This document shows, in pieces, positions 49,004-58,801 of a stretch of DNA of 64,000 bases. The notes beneath the pieces were generated by a model, which saw nothing but the letters and a program-made list of their open reading frames with translations, ran no database searches and was not told the origin of the DNA. Positions within the stretch are counted from its first letter, which is position 1. Every line of letters begins with the position of its first letter. Both the position numbers and the translations under genes were made by a program. The stretch covers positions 1,391,545 to 1,455,544 of the forward strand of contig OZ242348.1 of assembly GCA_965208625.1 (NCBI GenBank), read 5' to 3'. Origin of the DNA: Dehalococcoidia bacterium (GTDB lineage: Bacteria; Chloroflexota; Dehalococcoidia; Lucifugimonadales; Australimonadaceae).

Positions 49004-50302
49004 TCAGGCGTCCGTGGTTCCCGAGCGTCGCGCTTCGCGTTCCAGCCGCTTTCGCTCGGCGCGCTCCTGCTCCTCCGGCGGGTGAACGTCCTTGAACATC
49101 AGGTAGAGCCCGACGAGGTAGACGGTCTTGAATGCACCGGAGGCAACGAACGGCGCGCTCGCCGAGACCGCCTGCCAGAGGATGGTGGCGAGCGACGGTG
49201 TGACCGCGCCAACGGCTGCCTGGCTCACGTTGGTGATGCTGGCCATGGCCACGCGCTCATCCCGGTTCACGATGGCCATGGTGTAGGACTGCCGCGGGGG
49301 ATTATCCATCTGGCCGAAGAAGGCCCGCACGTACCAGAAGAAGACCGCCAGCCAGGCCGTCGGGGCGAAGGGAACGGCGAAGGTGGCCAACACCGCCGGT
49401 ATGTGGGTAAAGACGATGGTGTTCAGCAGGCCGATCCGGGTCGAAAGCCTCGCGGCTACCCACAGGGAGACCATGTTGAGGAAGGTGGAGCCAGCGAGCA
49501 CGTAGCTGACCTCAGTGAGTTCGAAATCGTGCTCTACGCTGAACCATGCTCCCACGAGGCTGAAGAAGACGAACCGTGTCGCGAAGCCGTCCACCGAGAA
49601 GATGGCAGCGAAGGTAAAGATGGTCTTCCGGGATTCGAGCTTCAGGGGGTTCTGCCATCCGCCCCCGCTGACGCCGGAGTCGATGGCGGGCGAGAGCAGG
49701 CCGTACATGGCGCCGGAGACCAGCATGATGACCGCGTAGGCGACGAACATGAGCTTGAAGCCCGTGATCTCGTCGACGTCGAAGACCGCGACCAGCACGG
49801 CGGGCATGGCAGCGCCGAACGTGCCCGTCAGCCGCGCGGCCCGCTCGCCCATGCCCGCGAGTGCGTACAGGTCCGTGCGGTGCTCGGACGTGGTCGTGTC
49901 GGGAAGGGCCGCCTGCTCCAGCGGCTGCACCGGTCCCCTCGGCCCGCTCCCCGAGATGGCGAGGCTCCCGACGAAGAACGACACGAACGCCAGCAGCGTG
50001 TATTGCTCCGTGAACGCATAGCCAAGCCCGGCGAGCCCCATCATCGCCGTGAACCCGATGAGCAGCCGCCGTCTGCCAAGCGTGTCGCCGATAAAGACGA
50101 CCAGCGTGGCGAAGACGGTGCTGCCGATGGAACCGATCGTGATCAGCAGCCCCATTTCCACCAGGCTGTAGCCCAGTTCGATGAGGTAGATCCCGAAGAA
50201 GACGGCGATGAGCGACTGAGCGAACGTCCGCATGAACCGCGCGGACACCATCAGCCAGGCGTCCCCAGTCACCCAACCAAGCGGACGTGATGAACGTTTC
50301 AC
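49004..50302 (-). CDS. MFS transporter
   Basis: 432 aa, about 12 TM segments. GDTLGRRRLL loop motif. Confidence 0.85.
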   Translation of the reverse strand: MKRSSRPLGWVTGDAWLMVSARFMRTFAQSLIAVFFGIYLIELGYSLVEMGLLITIGSIGSTVFATLVVFIGDTLGRRRLLIGFTAMMGLAGLGYAFTEQYTLLAFVSFFVGSLAISGSGPRGPVQPLEQAALPDTTTSEHRTDLYALAGMGERAARLTGTFGAAMPAVLVAVFDVDEITGFKLMFVAYAVIMLVSGAMYGLLSPAIDSGVSGGGWQNPLKLESRKTIFTFAAIFSVDGFATRFVFFSLVGAWFSVEHDFELTEVSYVLAGSTFLNMVSLWVAARLSTRIGLLNTIVFTHIPAVLATFAVPFAPTAWLAVFFWYVRAFFGQMDNPPRQSYTMAIVNRDERVAMASITNVSQAAVGAVTPSLATILWQAVSASAPFVASGAFKTVYLVGLYLMFKDVHPPEEQERAERKRLEREARRSGTTDA

Positions 50303-50306
50303 GGCT

Positions 50307-51197
50307 TCACCCCCGCGCGGCTATCGCTTCGTAGCGCGCGAGGAGACGCTGGGCGCGCTGCACCACCGGCACGTCGATCATCTTGCCGTCCAGTTGGAAA
50401 GAGCCGCGGCCGGTCTTCTCCGCCTCAGCATTCGCCTCGATGATGCGCTTGGCCAGGGCGACCTCCTCCTCGCCGGGGCTGAATGCCTCGTTGAGCACGG
50501 GCACGACGCTCGGATGGATGCAAGATGCGCCTTCGAGCCCGAAGCGCCTCGCCTTGAGCGCCACCTCCCGCACGGCGTCGAGGTCCTGATAGTCGGCGAC
50601 GGTGCCGAAGATGCCCAGCGCCATCACCCCCGCGGCCTTCGCCGCGTAGACGGACTGGGTCTTCGGATAGAGCAGCGTTTCGGCGTCCGGCTGCATGCCC
50701 AGCGACGACGCCAGGTCCTCCGCGCCGATGGTGATGGCGGCGATGCGCGGGCTCGCCTTCGCGATCTCGCCGATCTGGAAGAACGCCTCCGGCGTCTCGA
50801 CCATCGCCAGGAATGAAGTCGCACCTACCACCATTCCACGCTCCGCTTCCAGCTCCGACACCATCTCGTCCAGCAGCCTGACGTGGGCGGGTCCTGCGAT
50901 CTTCGGCAGGACGAGGGCGTCGACCGCGGGGCATACGCTGGCCTTGATGTCCGGCACGGCAAGCCGCAGCGGCTGATTGACGCGCACCAGCACGTCCGCG
51001 CCCGCCTGCCCGACGCGCTCCGCAGCCGCCTGCACGCCCGCCCGCGCCGACGCCTTCTCTCCAGGCGGGACCGAGTCCTCGAGGTCGAGGATGATACCGT
51101 CGGCGCCGCGCTCGTGAGCCTTGGCGAGGTAACGCTCGACGTTCGCCGGCACGTACAGCAGCGACCGCCACACCGGGAGCTTTCGTTCGTCGGTCAT
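50307..51197 (-). CDS. HpcH/HpaI-CitE family acyl-CoA lyase (citrate lyase beta / malyl-CoA lyase-like)
   Basis: 296 aa. RSLLYVPAN...GADGIILDLEDSV signature. Confidence 0.85.
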   Translation of the reverse strand: MTDERKLPVWRSLLYVPANVERYLAKAHERGADGIILDLEDSVPPGEKASARAGVQAAAERVGQAGADVLVRVNQPLRLAVPDIKASVCPAVDALVLPKIAGPAHVRLLDEMVSELEAERGMVVGATSFLAMVETPEAFFQIGEIAKASPRIAAITIGAEDLASSLGMQPDAETLLYPKTQSVYAAKAAGVMALGIFGTVADYQDLDAVREVALKARRFGLEGASCIHPSVVPVLNEAFSPGEEEVALAKRIIEANAEAEKTGRGSFQLDGKMIDVPVVQRAQRLLARYEAIAARG

Positions 51198-52423
51198 CCG
51201 ATCACACCTCTCGTTCGAAGATCGGCCAGCTCTCCTGCGGAGACGCCCGCGCCGCCGAAGATCTCGTCGTTGTGCTGCCCCAGCCTGGGCGCGGGGTAGC
51301 GGAAAGTGCCCGGCGTGCGCGAGAGGCGAGGCACGATGTTATGCGTCGGGACTGTCCCCACGTCCTCGTCGGGCAGGTCGACAACCACCTCGCGCTCGAT
51401 GACGTGGGGGTCGTCGAGGAACTGAGCGATGTCGTAGACAGGCCCGGCGGTCACGCCAGCGCCATTCAATTCGGCGAGCGCCTCGTCCAATTCGCGTTCG
51501 GCCATCCAGTCCCCGATGATGGCGTCGACCTCATCCCGATGCCGCACCCGCTCGGCGTTGTTCCGGAAGCGGGGGTCGCCGATCGCGTCCTCCCTGCCGA
51601 CGACTCTGAACACGCGTTCCGCCATCGACTGGATGGACGCCGACAGCGCCACCCACTTCCCGTCCTTCGTTGCGTAGACGTTACGGGGGGACGCCGTATT
51701 GGAGGCGCTGCCCACGCGCTGCTTGACGCTGCCATCGATCCGGTATCCGGCCGCGTCGGCGCCCAGGATGGAGAAGACGGGTTCGAGGAGCGAGAGGTCG
51801 ACAACCTGCCCTGCGCCGCCCTTCATTTCGCGCTCCCGCAGCGCGATCAGCACGGCCATGGCGCCGTACAAGCCCGCCGCCATGTCCGCCAGCGCCATCG
51901 GGGGCAGGACGGGCTCGCGGTCGGGGAAGCCGTTGCGGTCCGCGAACCCGGACATCGCCTCCACCAGCGTGCCGAACCCCGGCCGCTCACGATAGGGCCC
52001 GGTCTGGCCGAAGCCGGAGACGCGCACGACGACGAGGCCGGGGTTGTCCGCATGCAGGGTCTCCGGCGCCAGTCCCATCTCCTCCAGCCGTCCAGGGATG
52101 AAGTTCTCGACGATCACGTCGGCGTCCCTGGCCAGCCGCCGCACGAGCGCGCGCCCGTCGTCCTCGCGCAGGTCGACTGACACGCTCTTCTTGTTCCGGC
52201 AGTACGTCTTCCAGTGCGTCTGGACGGAGCTGTCGCCCCAGGCTCGCAGCGGGTCGCCATTCGGCAGCGCCTCGATCTTGACGACCTCGGCGCCGAAGTC
52301 CGCAAGCTGGAGGGTCAGCATGTTCCCGGCCACGAGCCGCGACATGTCGAGCACGCGCAGACCGTCCAGCGGTCCGCGGTCGTCGGGATCGAACTGCCTG
52401 GCGTGAAGCCCCATCCTCCGCAA
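51194..52423 (-). CDS. CaiB/BaiF family III CoA-transferase
   Basis: 409 aa. GLRVLDMSRLVAGNMLTLQLADFGAEVVKIE signature. 4-nt overlap with the downstream lyase gene. Confidence 0.9.
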   Translation of the reverse strand: MRRMGLHARQFDPDDRGPLDGLRVLDMSRLVAGNMLTLQLADFGAEVVKIEALPNGDPLRAWGDSSVQTHWKTYCRNKKSVSVDLREDDGRALVRRLARDADVIVENFIPGRLEEMGLAPETLHADNPGLVVVRVSGFGQTGPYRERPGFGTLVEAMSGFADRNGFPDREPVLPPMALADMAAGLYGAMAVLIALREREMKGGAGQVVDLSLLEPVFSILGADAAGYRIDGSVKQRVGSASNTASPRNVYATKDGKWVALSASIQSMAERVFRVVGREDAIGDPRFRNNAERVRHRDEVDAIIGDWMAERELDEALAELNGAGVTAGPVYDIAQFLDDPHVIEREVVVDLPDEDVGTVPTHNIVPRLSRTPGTFRYPAPRLGQHNDEIFGGAGVSAGELADLRTRGVIG

Positions 52424-52465
52424 CTCCTCTCCCCGCGATTCTACTGCCCTGTTGCTTGCGAGGGG

Positions 52466-53620
52466 CTAGCCGTCCTGCCCGAAGACGGTGCTTCCTACTC
52501 TCATCGACCGCATCACCTCGGCGACAGCGTCCGCGATGAGCTCGCCCGCGCGCGCCGACGCCTCATCCAGGGCCATCGGAGCGTTGACGATGGCCACAAC
52601 CGCGTCGATTCCCTCGGCGTGAACGTCCTCGAAACCCCTGCCGAGTGAGCCGCAGACGGCCAGAACCGGGATATTTCTTCGTTTCGCTCGTCGCGCGACT
52701 CCGATCGGGGCCTTGTTGTAGACCGTCTGGAAGTCGATCTGCCCCTCGCCTGTGATAACCAGGTCGGCCCCCTCCATCTTTTCGTCGAGCCCGACATGGT
52801 CCAGCACGATATCCACGCCCGCCCGCAGCGAACCTCCAAGGAATGCCATCATTCCCCCGCCGAGCCCGCCGGCAGCGCCCGAGCCGGGGACGGCGTCGAT
52901 GCTCGTTCCGATGTCTCGTTCGACGACCTCTGCGAAGTGCTTCAGCGCTGCGTCCAGTTGCTGGACCATACCGGGCGTTGCCCCCTTCTGCGGACCGTAT
53001 ACGGTCGCAGCGCCCTCGGGGCCGGTAAGCGGGTTCGATACGTCGCATGCCACTGAGAACCGGGCCTCCCGCACTCTCTCGTCCAGTCCCGATGTGTCGA
53101 TCCTCCGGAGTTCGGCGAGCGCCGCTCCTCCCGGTGGAAGGTCTTTCCCGGTCTCGTCCAGCAGGCGTACGCCCAGGGCCTGGGCCATCCCCGCACCGCC
53201 GTCGTTCGTTGCGCTTCCGCCGATCCCCACGATGAAGCTGCGGAAACCGGCGTCGAGCGCCTCGCGGATCACCTCACCGAGCCCGTACGTGGTTGCGTGC
53301 AGAGGATCGCGTTCAGCGAGCGAGAGCAGCGCAAGGCCGGAGGTACGCGCCATCTCGATGACGGCGGTCTGCCCGTCGCCGAGCGCGCCCCACTCCGCCG
53401 TAACCGGCCTTCCGACGGGGCCGGTCACCGTTGTGGAGCGGACCTCCCCGCCGGTTGCTTCAACAAGCGTCTCGAGCGTTCCGTCGCCGCCGTCCGCCAC
53501 CGGCACGAGAACGGTCCCGGCGTCCGGGACGACCCGCAGCACCCCTTCCTCCATAGCCCTGGCGGCATCGAGTGCCGAGATGCTTCCCTTGAAGCTCTGC
53601 GGTGCGATGACGACTCTCAT
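52466..53620 (-). CDS. glycerate kinase
   Basis: ATG 53620. MRVVIAPQSFKGSISALDAARAMEEG and C-terminal VITGEG motifs. Confidence 0.85.
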   Translation of the reverse strand: MRVVIAPQSFKGSISALDAARAMEEGVLRVVPDAGTVLVPVADGGDGTLETLVEATGGEVRSTTVTGPVGRPVTAEWGALGDGQTAVIEMARTSGLALLSLAERDPLHATTYGLGEVIREALDAGFRSFIVGIGGSATNDGGAGMAQALGVRLLDETGKDLPPGGAALAELRRIDTSGLDERVREARFSVACDVSNPLTGPEGAATVYGPQKGATPGMVQQLDAALKHFAEVVERDIGTSIDAVPGSGAAGGLGGGMMAFLGGSLRAGVDIVLDHVGLDEKMEGADLVITGEGQIDFQTVYNKAPIGVARRAKRRNIPVLAVCGSLGRGFEDVHAEGIDAVVAIVNAPMALDEASARAGELIADAVAEVMRSMRVGSTVFGQDG

Positions 53621-53770
53621 CACTTGCCTTCCTCGCTCTTCACGAGCGGACTGTGAGGATACTATCGAGCGCAGCCCTCTCAGGCGATTCTCCATCTCAG
53701 GAGAGAGGAGATGCTGTCGGCGGCTACAATGCGGGCGGCGGACCCGCCTATCGGACGCAAGGAGCTGACC

Positions 53771-55396
53771 ATGAAGGCACTGGAAGCGATGGCCGAGATC
53801 CTGAAGCGGGAGGGCGTCGAATACCTCTTCTGCTATCCGACAACCGACCTGATCGACGCCGTTGCCGACGTCGGCATCAGGCCCATCGTGTGTCGACAGG
53901 AGCGCGTCGGGCTCGGCATGGCGGACGGCCTCAGCCGCGCCAGCAACGGCTCGAAGATCGGGGTGTTTGCGATGCAGGCGGGGCCGGGCGCCGAGAATGC
54001 GTTCGCAGGGGTGACGACAGCCTACGCGGATTCCTCGCCGCTCCTCGTATTGCCGTCGGGGTACCCGCGTGACCGCGAGGGCTGGCCCCGCTACTTCACC
54101 GCGGAGCGCGGCTACCGCAACGTGACGAAGTGGCTCGAAACCGTCAACGTCCCCGAGCAGACCGAGGACGCGATGCGGCGCGCCTTCTCCCGGTTGCGCA
54201 ACGGCAGGCCCGGCCCCGTGATGGTCGAGCTGCCGACCGACGTCGCCGAGCTGGACATCGGCGAGACCGGTTACGAGCCGGTCACATCAACGCGCACCCT
54301 CGCAGACCCGCGAGACGTGGAGCGCGCCGCCCGCGCCCTGGCCAACGCCAACGCGCCGGTGATACTGGCGGGACAAGGCGTGCTCTGGGCCGGGGCGACA
54401 GACGAGGTCGTCGAGCTGGCCGAGATGCTGGGGGCGCCTGTCGCGGCGACGCTCCTCGGCAAGAGCGCGTTCCCCGAGACCCACCCGCTCTCCATCGGCA
54501 CAGCCTCGACATCCACCACGCCCATGGTGCGCAGCTTCCTGGACAAGGCCGACGTCATCCTCGCGGTGGGAGCGAGCCTGGCCAAGCACCAGATGAACCT
54601 GCCCCTGCCCGATGGCCGCACCATCATCCAGCTCACCAACGACGAGGCGGACCTGAACAGGAACTACGCCGCCGCTCACCCCTTGCTGGCGGATGCGAGG
54701 CTGGGCATGCGCCAGCTCATCGACGCCGTCCGCGACGCGGGCGGAACGAACGCCAGCCGCCGGTCGGCTGTCGAGACTGAGACCGCGTCGGCATACAACA
54801 CATGGCTCGACGCATGGCACGGCAAGATCGAATCGCAGGACACGCCCATCAACCCGTACCGGGTCGTCTGGGAGCTGAACCGCACCATTCCGGCGGACGA
54901 GGCCATCGTCACCCACGACTCCGGCAGCCCGCGCGACCAGATGGTCCCGTTCTACCGGTCGGCCGGGCCGCGCAGCTACATCGGATGGGGCAAGTCCCAT
55001 GCGCTCGGCACCGGCCTCGGCTTTGCGATGGGCGCCAAGCTCGCAGAACCGGACAAGGTCTGCATCAACTGGATGGGCGATGCCGCGTTCGGCATGACAG
55101 GCCTCGACTTCGAGACCGCGGTGCGCAACGGCATCCCCATCATCACGATGGTGTCGAACAACTCGACGATGGCCATCGAGACCAGGCGGCTCGTCGGCTC
55201 GCACGAGAAGTACGGCACGCGGGACGTTGGCGGCAACTACGCCGACCTCGCCCGCTCGCTGGGCGGCTGGGCGGAGCGCGTCGAGGACCCGGAGGAGGTC
55301 GGCCCCGCGATCCTGCGCGCCCGCCGCGCCACCGAGGACGGCCAGGCAGCGCTGCTGGAGTTCATCACCTCGGCTGAGACGGCGCTGAACCGTTAG
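53771..55396 (+). CDS. thiamine-pyrophosphate-dependent enzyme (acetolactate synthase / glyoxylate carboligase-like)
   Basis: 541 aa from ATG 53771. N-terminal Pyr domain (GVEYLFCYP...QERVGLGMADG) and C-terminal GDAAFGMTG TPP motif. Confidence 0.85.
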   Translation: MKALEAMAEILKREGVEYLFCYPTTDLIDAVADVGIRPIVCRQERVGLGMADGLSRASNGSKIGVFAMQAGPGAENAFAGVTTAYADSSPLLVLPSGYPRDREGWPRYFTAERGYRNVTKWLETVNVPEQTEDAMRRAFSRLRNGRPGPVMVELPTDVAELDIGETGYEPVTSTRTLADPRDVERAARALANANAPVILAGQGVLWAGATDEVVELAEMLGAPVAATLLGKSAFPETHPLSIGTASTSTTPMVRSFLDKADVILAVGASLAKHQMNLPLPDGRTIIQLTNDEADLNRNYAAAHPLLADARLGMRQLIDAVRDAGGTNASRRSAVETETASAYNTWLDAWHGKIESQDTPINPYRVVWELNRTIPADEAIVTHDSGSPRDQMVPFYRSAGPRSYIGWGKSHALGTGLGFAMGAKLAEPDKVCINWMGDAAFGMTGLDFETAVRNGIPIITMVSNNSTMAIETRRLVGSHEKYGTRDVGGNYADLARSLGGWAERVEDPEEVGPAILRARRATEDGQAALLEFITSAETALNR

Positions 55397-55422
55397 AGCG
55401 GGACCGGAAGGGGGATACGTTC

Positions 55423-56190
55423 ATGCGCACCAACACCACCAGGGCCAAACTGCATGAAGGCGAAGTCGTCTTCGGGGGCATCGTCACCCGTTACGCTCCC
55501 GACACCGTGGAGATCCTCGGCGCTCTCGGATACGACTTCGTCATGATCGACTGCGAGCACGGCCCTGCCACCCTGGACCAGGTCGAGCACATGGTCCGCG
55601 CCGCCGAGTCCTTCGACATCACTCCCATCGCCCGCATCCCCGACCACGCCGAGCAGACCATCCTCCGGTTCCTCGACTGCGGCCTCCAAGGGATAATCGT
55701 CCCCCACGTCAACACGGGAGAACAGGCCGCCGCGGTTGCTCGCGCCGCTCGTTACCACCCCGACGGCTACCGGGGAGTGGCCACCGGCCGGACACACGAC
55801 TACGGCATCGGCGTCTCCCGGAGCGAGGCGACGGCGTGGATCAATGCGCAAGTGCTGGTCATCCCGATGGTCGAAGACATCGAGGCCGTCAACAACCTCG
55901 ACGACATCCTCCAGGTTTCCGGCGCCGACGTGCTCCACGTGGCCCCTTCCGACCTGGGCCAGAGCCTGGGCAACCCCGGCGCCGCCGAAGTCCGCCGGGT
56001 AATGAGCGAGGTCATCCCGCGGGTCCGGGCCGGGGGCAAGTTCGTTGGGGTGGGCGGCAACAGTCCAGCCGACACCGCCGGCGTGGCCGAGTTCATCAGG
56101 CAGGGCGCGAACTTCGTGACCGTCTCCGCGTGGGGCCTGCTCCGCGCCGGCGCAGAGGACTTCCTCAGGAACGTCAAGGCCGAGCTTTGA
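55423..56190 (+). CDS. HpcH/HpaI family 2-keto-3-deoxy-acid aldolase
   Basis: 255 aa. LGYDFVMIDCEHGP signature. Confidence 0.85.
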   Translation: MRTNTTRAKLHEGEVVFGGIVTRYAPDTVEILGALGYDFVMIDCEHGPATLDQVEHMVRAAESFDITPIARIPDHAEQTILRFLDCGLQGIIVPHVNTGEQAAAVARAARYHPDGYRGVATGRTHDYGIGVSRSEATAWINAQVLVIPMVEDIEAVNNLDDILQVSGADVLHVAPSDLGQSLGNPGAAEVRRVMSEVIPRVRAGGKFVGVGGNSPADTAGVAEFIRQGANFVTVSAWGLLRAGAEDFLRNVKAEL

Positions 56191-56349
56191 GAACCTCGTA
56201 GGGAGCGCGATCGAAGCTCTTTCGCGATCTTGGCCTCGCAGGGATGCCACGCGGCGAGGAGCTTCCATGCCAACGGTGAGGAGTCCCGGGCACTGGAACT
56301 GTTCCGTGGTCTATTGTTAGTCTTGGGCGCAGAAGAGAGGAGTAGCCGC

Positions 56350-57120
56350 ATGGCCATTGTCAGCGTCGAAATCACGGAACGCGTGCCCTTCGCCGGCGGC
56401 GCGGAATCCGGCGGAGCCCGCCCGTACGAGCGTGTCGACGGGCTGCTGACCCACGCCGTCGACCCCGCGAACCCGGCGAACGTGCTCATCACCGACCTCG
56501 CGCTGGCGCCCCGCGGCGCCGACGGTCTCGTGCGCTTCACGGGCGATTTCACGCTCATCGCACCGGTCGACCGGGAGCACGGCAACGGCGAACTGCTGAT
56601 AGACGTAGTGAACCGGGGACGGCGGCAAGTGATGCCGACCTTCAACATGGCGCCGCCGTCGCGCGTGGGATCGTCGGAGGTCCCCCTCGGCGACGGTTTC
56701 CTCTGCCGCCTGGGTTACACGGTGTTGTCGGTCGGGTGGCAGTGGGACGTCCCGCGCAGTCCGGCGATGATGGGCCTCGAGGCTCCCGTGGCTTTCGAGA
56801 ACGGGAAGCCTGCGACGGGGCAGGTGCTGGTCGAGATCAGGCCCGACGCGCCGCAGCGGACGCGGCTGCTGGCGAACCGCGTCCACAAGCCGTATCCGGC
56901 AGCCGACGTCGACGAGCCGCAGGCCCGGCTGCTGGTGAAGGACTGGGAGGATGGGCCGTACCGGGAGATCCCGCGTTCGGCATGGCGGTTCGCCGCTGGC
57001 AGGGCATTCGGGGGCGGAGTAGTCTTGGGCGCGAAGAGGGTGGTTTGTCGAACGCGGGCAGAAGCCACGGCAGGTGAGGTCATGGCGTTGACCAGCCTGG
57101 TTCGGAAGGGACGGCAATGA
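56350..57120 (+). CDS. hypothetical protein, possibly 3'-truncated
   Basis: ATG 56350 with GAGGAG upstream. The conserved-looking N-terminal two thirds are followed by a low-information tail (GRAFGGGVVLGAKRVVCRTRAEATAG...). The stop overlaps the next start (ATGA). Confidence 0.5.
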   Translation: MAIVSVEITERVPFAGGAESGGARPYERVDGLLTHAVDPANPANVLITDLALAPRGADGLVRFTGDFTLIAPVDREHGNGELLIDVVNRGRRQVMPTFNMAPPSRVGSSEVPLGDGFLCRLGYTVLSVGWQWDVPRSPAMMGLEAPVAFENGKPATGQVLVEIRPDAPQRTRLLANRVHKPYPAADVDEPQARLLVKDWEDGPYREIPRSAWRFAAGRAFGGGVVLGAKRVVCRTRAEATAGEVMALTSLVRKGRQ

Positions 57121-57578
57121 CGGAAACCTACATCGGGAAGACGGTCTCCGATTTCACACTTCAGTCCAGCGATGGAAAGACGATATCCCTTGGCAGCCTT
57201 CGCGGACGGAAGGTCCTGCTGTACTTCTTCACGAGTCCGGGCGGTGGCAACTGAACCCGCATGGCTCTTGGGTACCGAGAGCATGCTGCGGGGTTCACCG
57301 AGAAGAACGTCTTGCTGTTCGGGGTCCATGACGGAAGCCTCGATGCTGCACGACAGTGGGTCGAGAAGGAGCAGCTTCCGTTCGCGGTCCTGAACGACCC
57401 TGACCGGCGAGTAGGCATCGAGTTGGGCATGTCCGCTCTCGATGGAGAAAGGTACGTCAATGACCCCTCAGACGGAAGGAGGCCTGCAGTTGTCATCGAC
57501 GAACACGGCGCGATCTGCGCGTGGGAACCGGACATGAACCACACCGATCAGATCGCACAGTTGCTGGAGCGTCTGTAG
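57117..57578 (+). CDS. AhpC/TSA (BCP)-like peroxiredoxin selenoprotein; UGA 57252-57254 read as Sec
   Basis: ATG 57117 is in frame with track ORF 57261..57578. The product reads ...GRKVLLYFFTSPGGGN-U-TRMALGYREHAAGFTEKNVLLFGVHDGS...LPFAVLNDP. U aligns with the peroxidatic Cys of the TPGCT motif. Confidence 0.75.
57259..57286 (+). promoter_or_regulatory. SECIS-like hairpin
   Basis: GCAUG-(G)-CUCUUGG / CCGAGAG-CAUGC, about 11-12 bp with one bulged G. The apex is GGUACC, which puts G/U 17-20 nt after the UGA. Confidence 0.6.
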
Positions 57579-57660
57579 GAACCGGCCCTGCCTCAGGGCG
57601 CAGTCCTCGATCGTCCCTTCATGGCCGGTCGGAAGAACACAGGGAAACAAGGAGGACCCA

Positions 57661-58593
57661 ATGAAGTTCGTGATGTACAACGACAACCAGCCCGGCATCC
57701 TGACCGATGCGGGCGTGATAGACATCGGCGACCTCTGCCCCGGCGGCGGGCAGGCCGCTATCGTCCATCTGGTCACCAACTACGACGACCTGAAGCCCCA
57801 GCTGGAAACCCGCGCAGCCGAGGGTGCGCCGGTCGAAGGCGCGCAACTGCGGGCGCCGCTGCCGCGCCCCAACAAGATTCTCTGCATGGGCGGCAACTAC
57901 CGCGAGTTCGGTGCACGGGAGCCTTCACCGATGTGGGGCTTCACCAAGAGCCTCCACAGCATCCTGGACCCGGGCGGCACCGTGGTCCTCCCTGACATAG
58001 ACGCCAACATCTTCCACCACGAGGCGGAGCTCGTGTTGGTCTTCGGCAAGGGCGGCAAGGACATACCGGCGTCGGAGGCCATGGATCACGTCTTCGGCTA
58101 CACGGCGGGCGTGGACGTCTCGGCGCGGATGCCGGCGCCCGGCGGCGGCCGGGTGCCCAACACGCTGCCCGTCGCCGAGCACAAATCGCACCCCACCTTC
58201 TGCCCCCTCGGCCCCTGCATAGTGACCAGGGACGAGATCGCGAACCCGGAGAACCTGCAGGTCTCCTTGAGCGTCGACGGCGAGCTGCGCGTCAACTACA
58301 ACACCGACGACCTCGCCCACTCCATCGCCGAGTCGATAGAGTTCGTCGCGGCCATCGAGGAGATCAGCCCCGGCGACGTGCTCTTCATGGGCACCAACCA
58401 CCAGGGCCTCGGCGCGATGCAGGACGGCGACACCATCGACATGGGCGTTGAGGGCGTGGGCAGGTTCACCCTCACGGTGAGCGACCCGCTCAAGCGCCGG
58501 TGGCCCAGGGGCGTCGACGAGGCGTCCGCCAGGGACGTGCGCGAGGGCGCCGGCGGCCCCGGCCGTCAGGCCCGGCCTCTGCCGGCCGTATAA
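57661..58593 (+). CDS. fumarylacetoacetate hydrolase (FAH) family protein
   Basis: 310 aa. PNKILCMGGNYREF and HHEAELVLVFGK signature segments. Confidence 0.85.
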   Translation: MKFVMYNDNQPGILTDAGVIDIGDLCPGGGQAAIVHLVTNYDDLKPQLETRAAEGAPVEGAQLRAPLPRPNKILCMGGNYREFGAREPSPMWGFTKSLHSILDPGGTVVLPDIDANIFHHEAELVLVFGKGGKDIPASEAMDHVFGYTAGVDVSARMPAPGGGRVPNTLPVAEHKSHPTFCPLGPCIVTRDEIANPENLQVSLSVDGELRVNYNTDDLAHSIAESIEFVAAIEEISPGDVLFMGTNHQGLGAMQDGDTIDMGVEGVGRFTLTVSDPLKRRWPRGVDEASARDVREGAGGPGRQARPLPAV

Positions 58594-58801
58594 CAGTCGT
58601 TCGCGGGAACCGCAGGGCTCGCTCCTCGTAGGGCCTGAGTGGCCCTTGGAAATGCAACCCCGCAGCTAGGGATGCTCACACATACAGTGTTTCTGGTGCC
58701 CCCAGCGGACACCATATTCTAGTTTCACGACGTTCCTTGCAGCCTTGTGTCGTTAGCCCTACGCTAGGCCGTTACCTTCTGCAGGCGTTCCGTGAGACTG
58801 C

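Noticed and set aside
58694-58712. tRNA 3'-end-like sequence (CTGGTGCCCCCAGCGGACACCA) as an att site or tRNA remnant near the integrase
   Set aside because: There is no T-loop (GTTCRANNC), no matching 5' acceptor strand on either strand, and no second copy at the other side of the islet.
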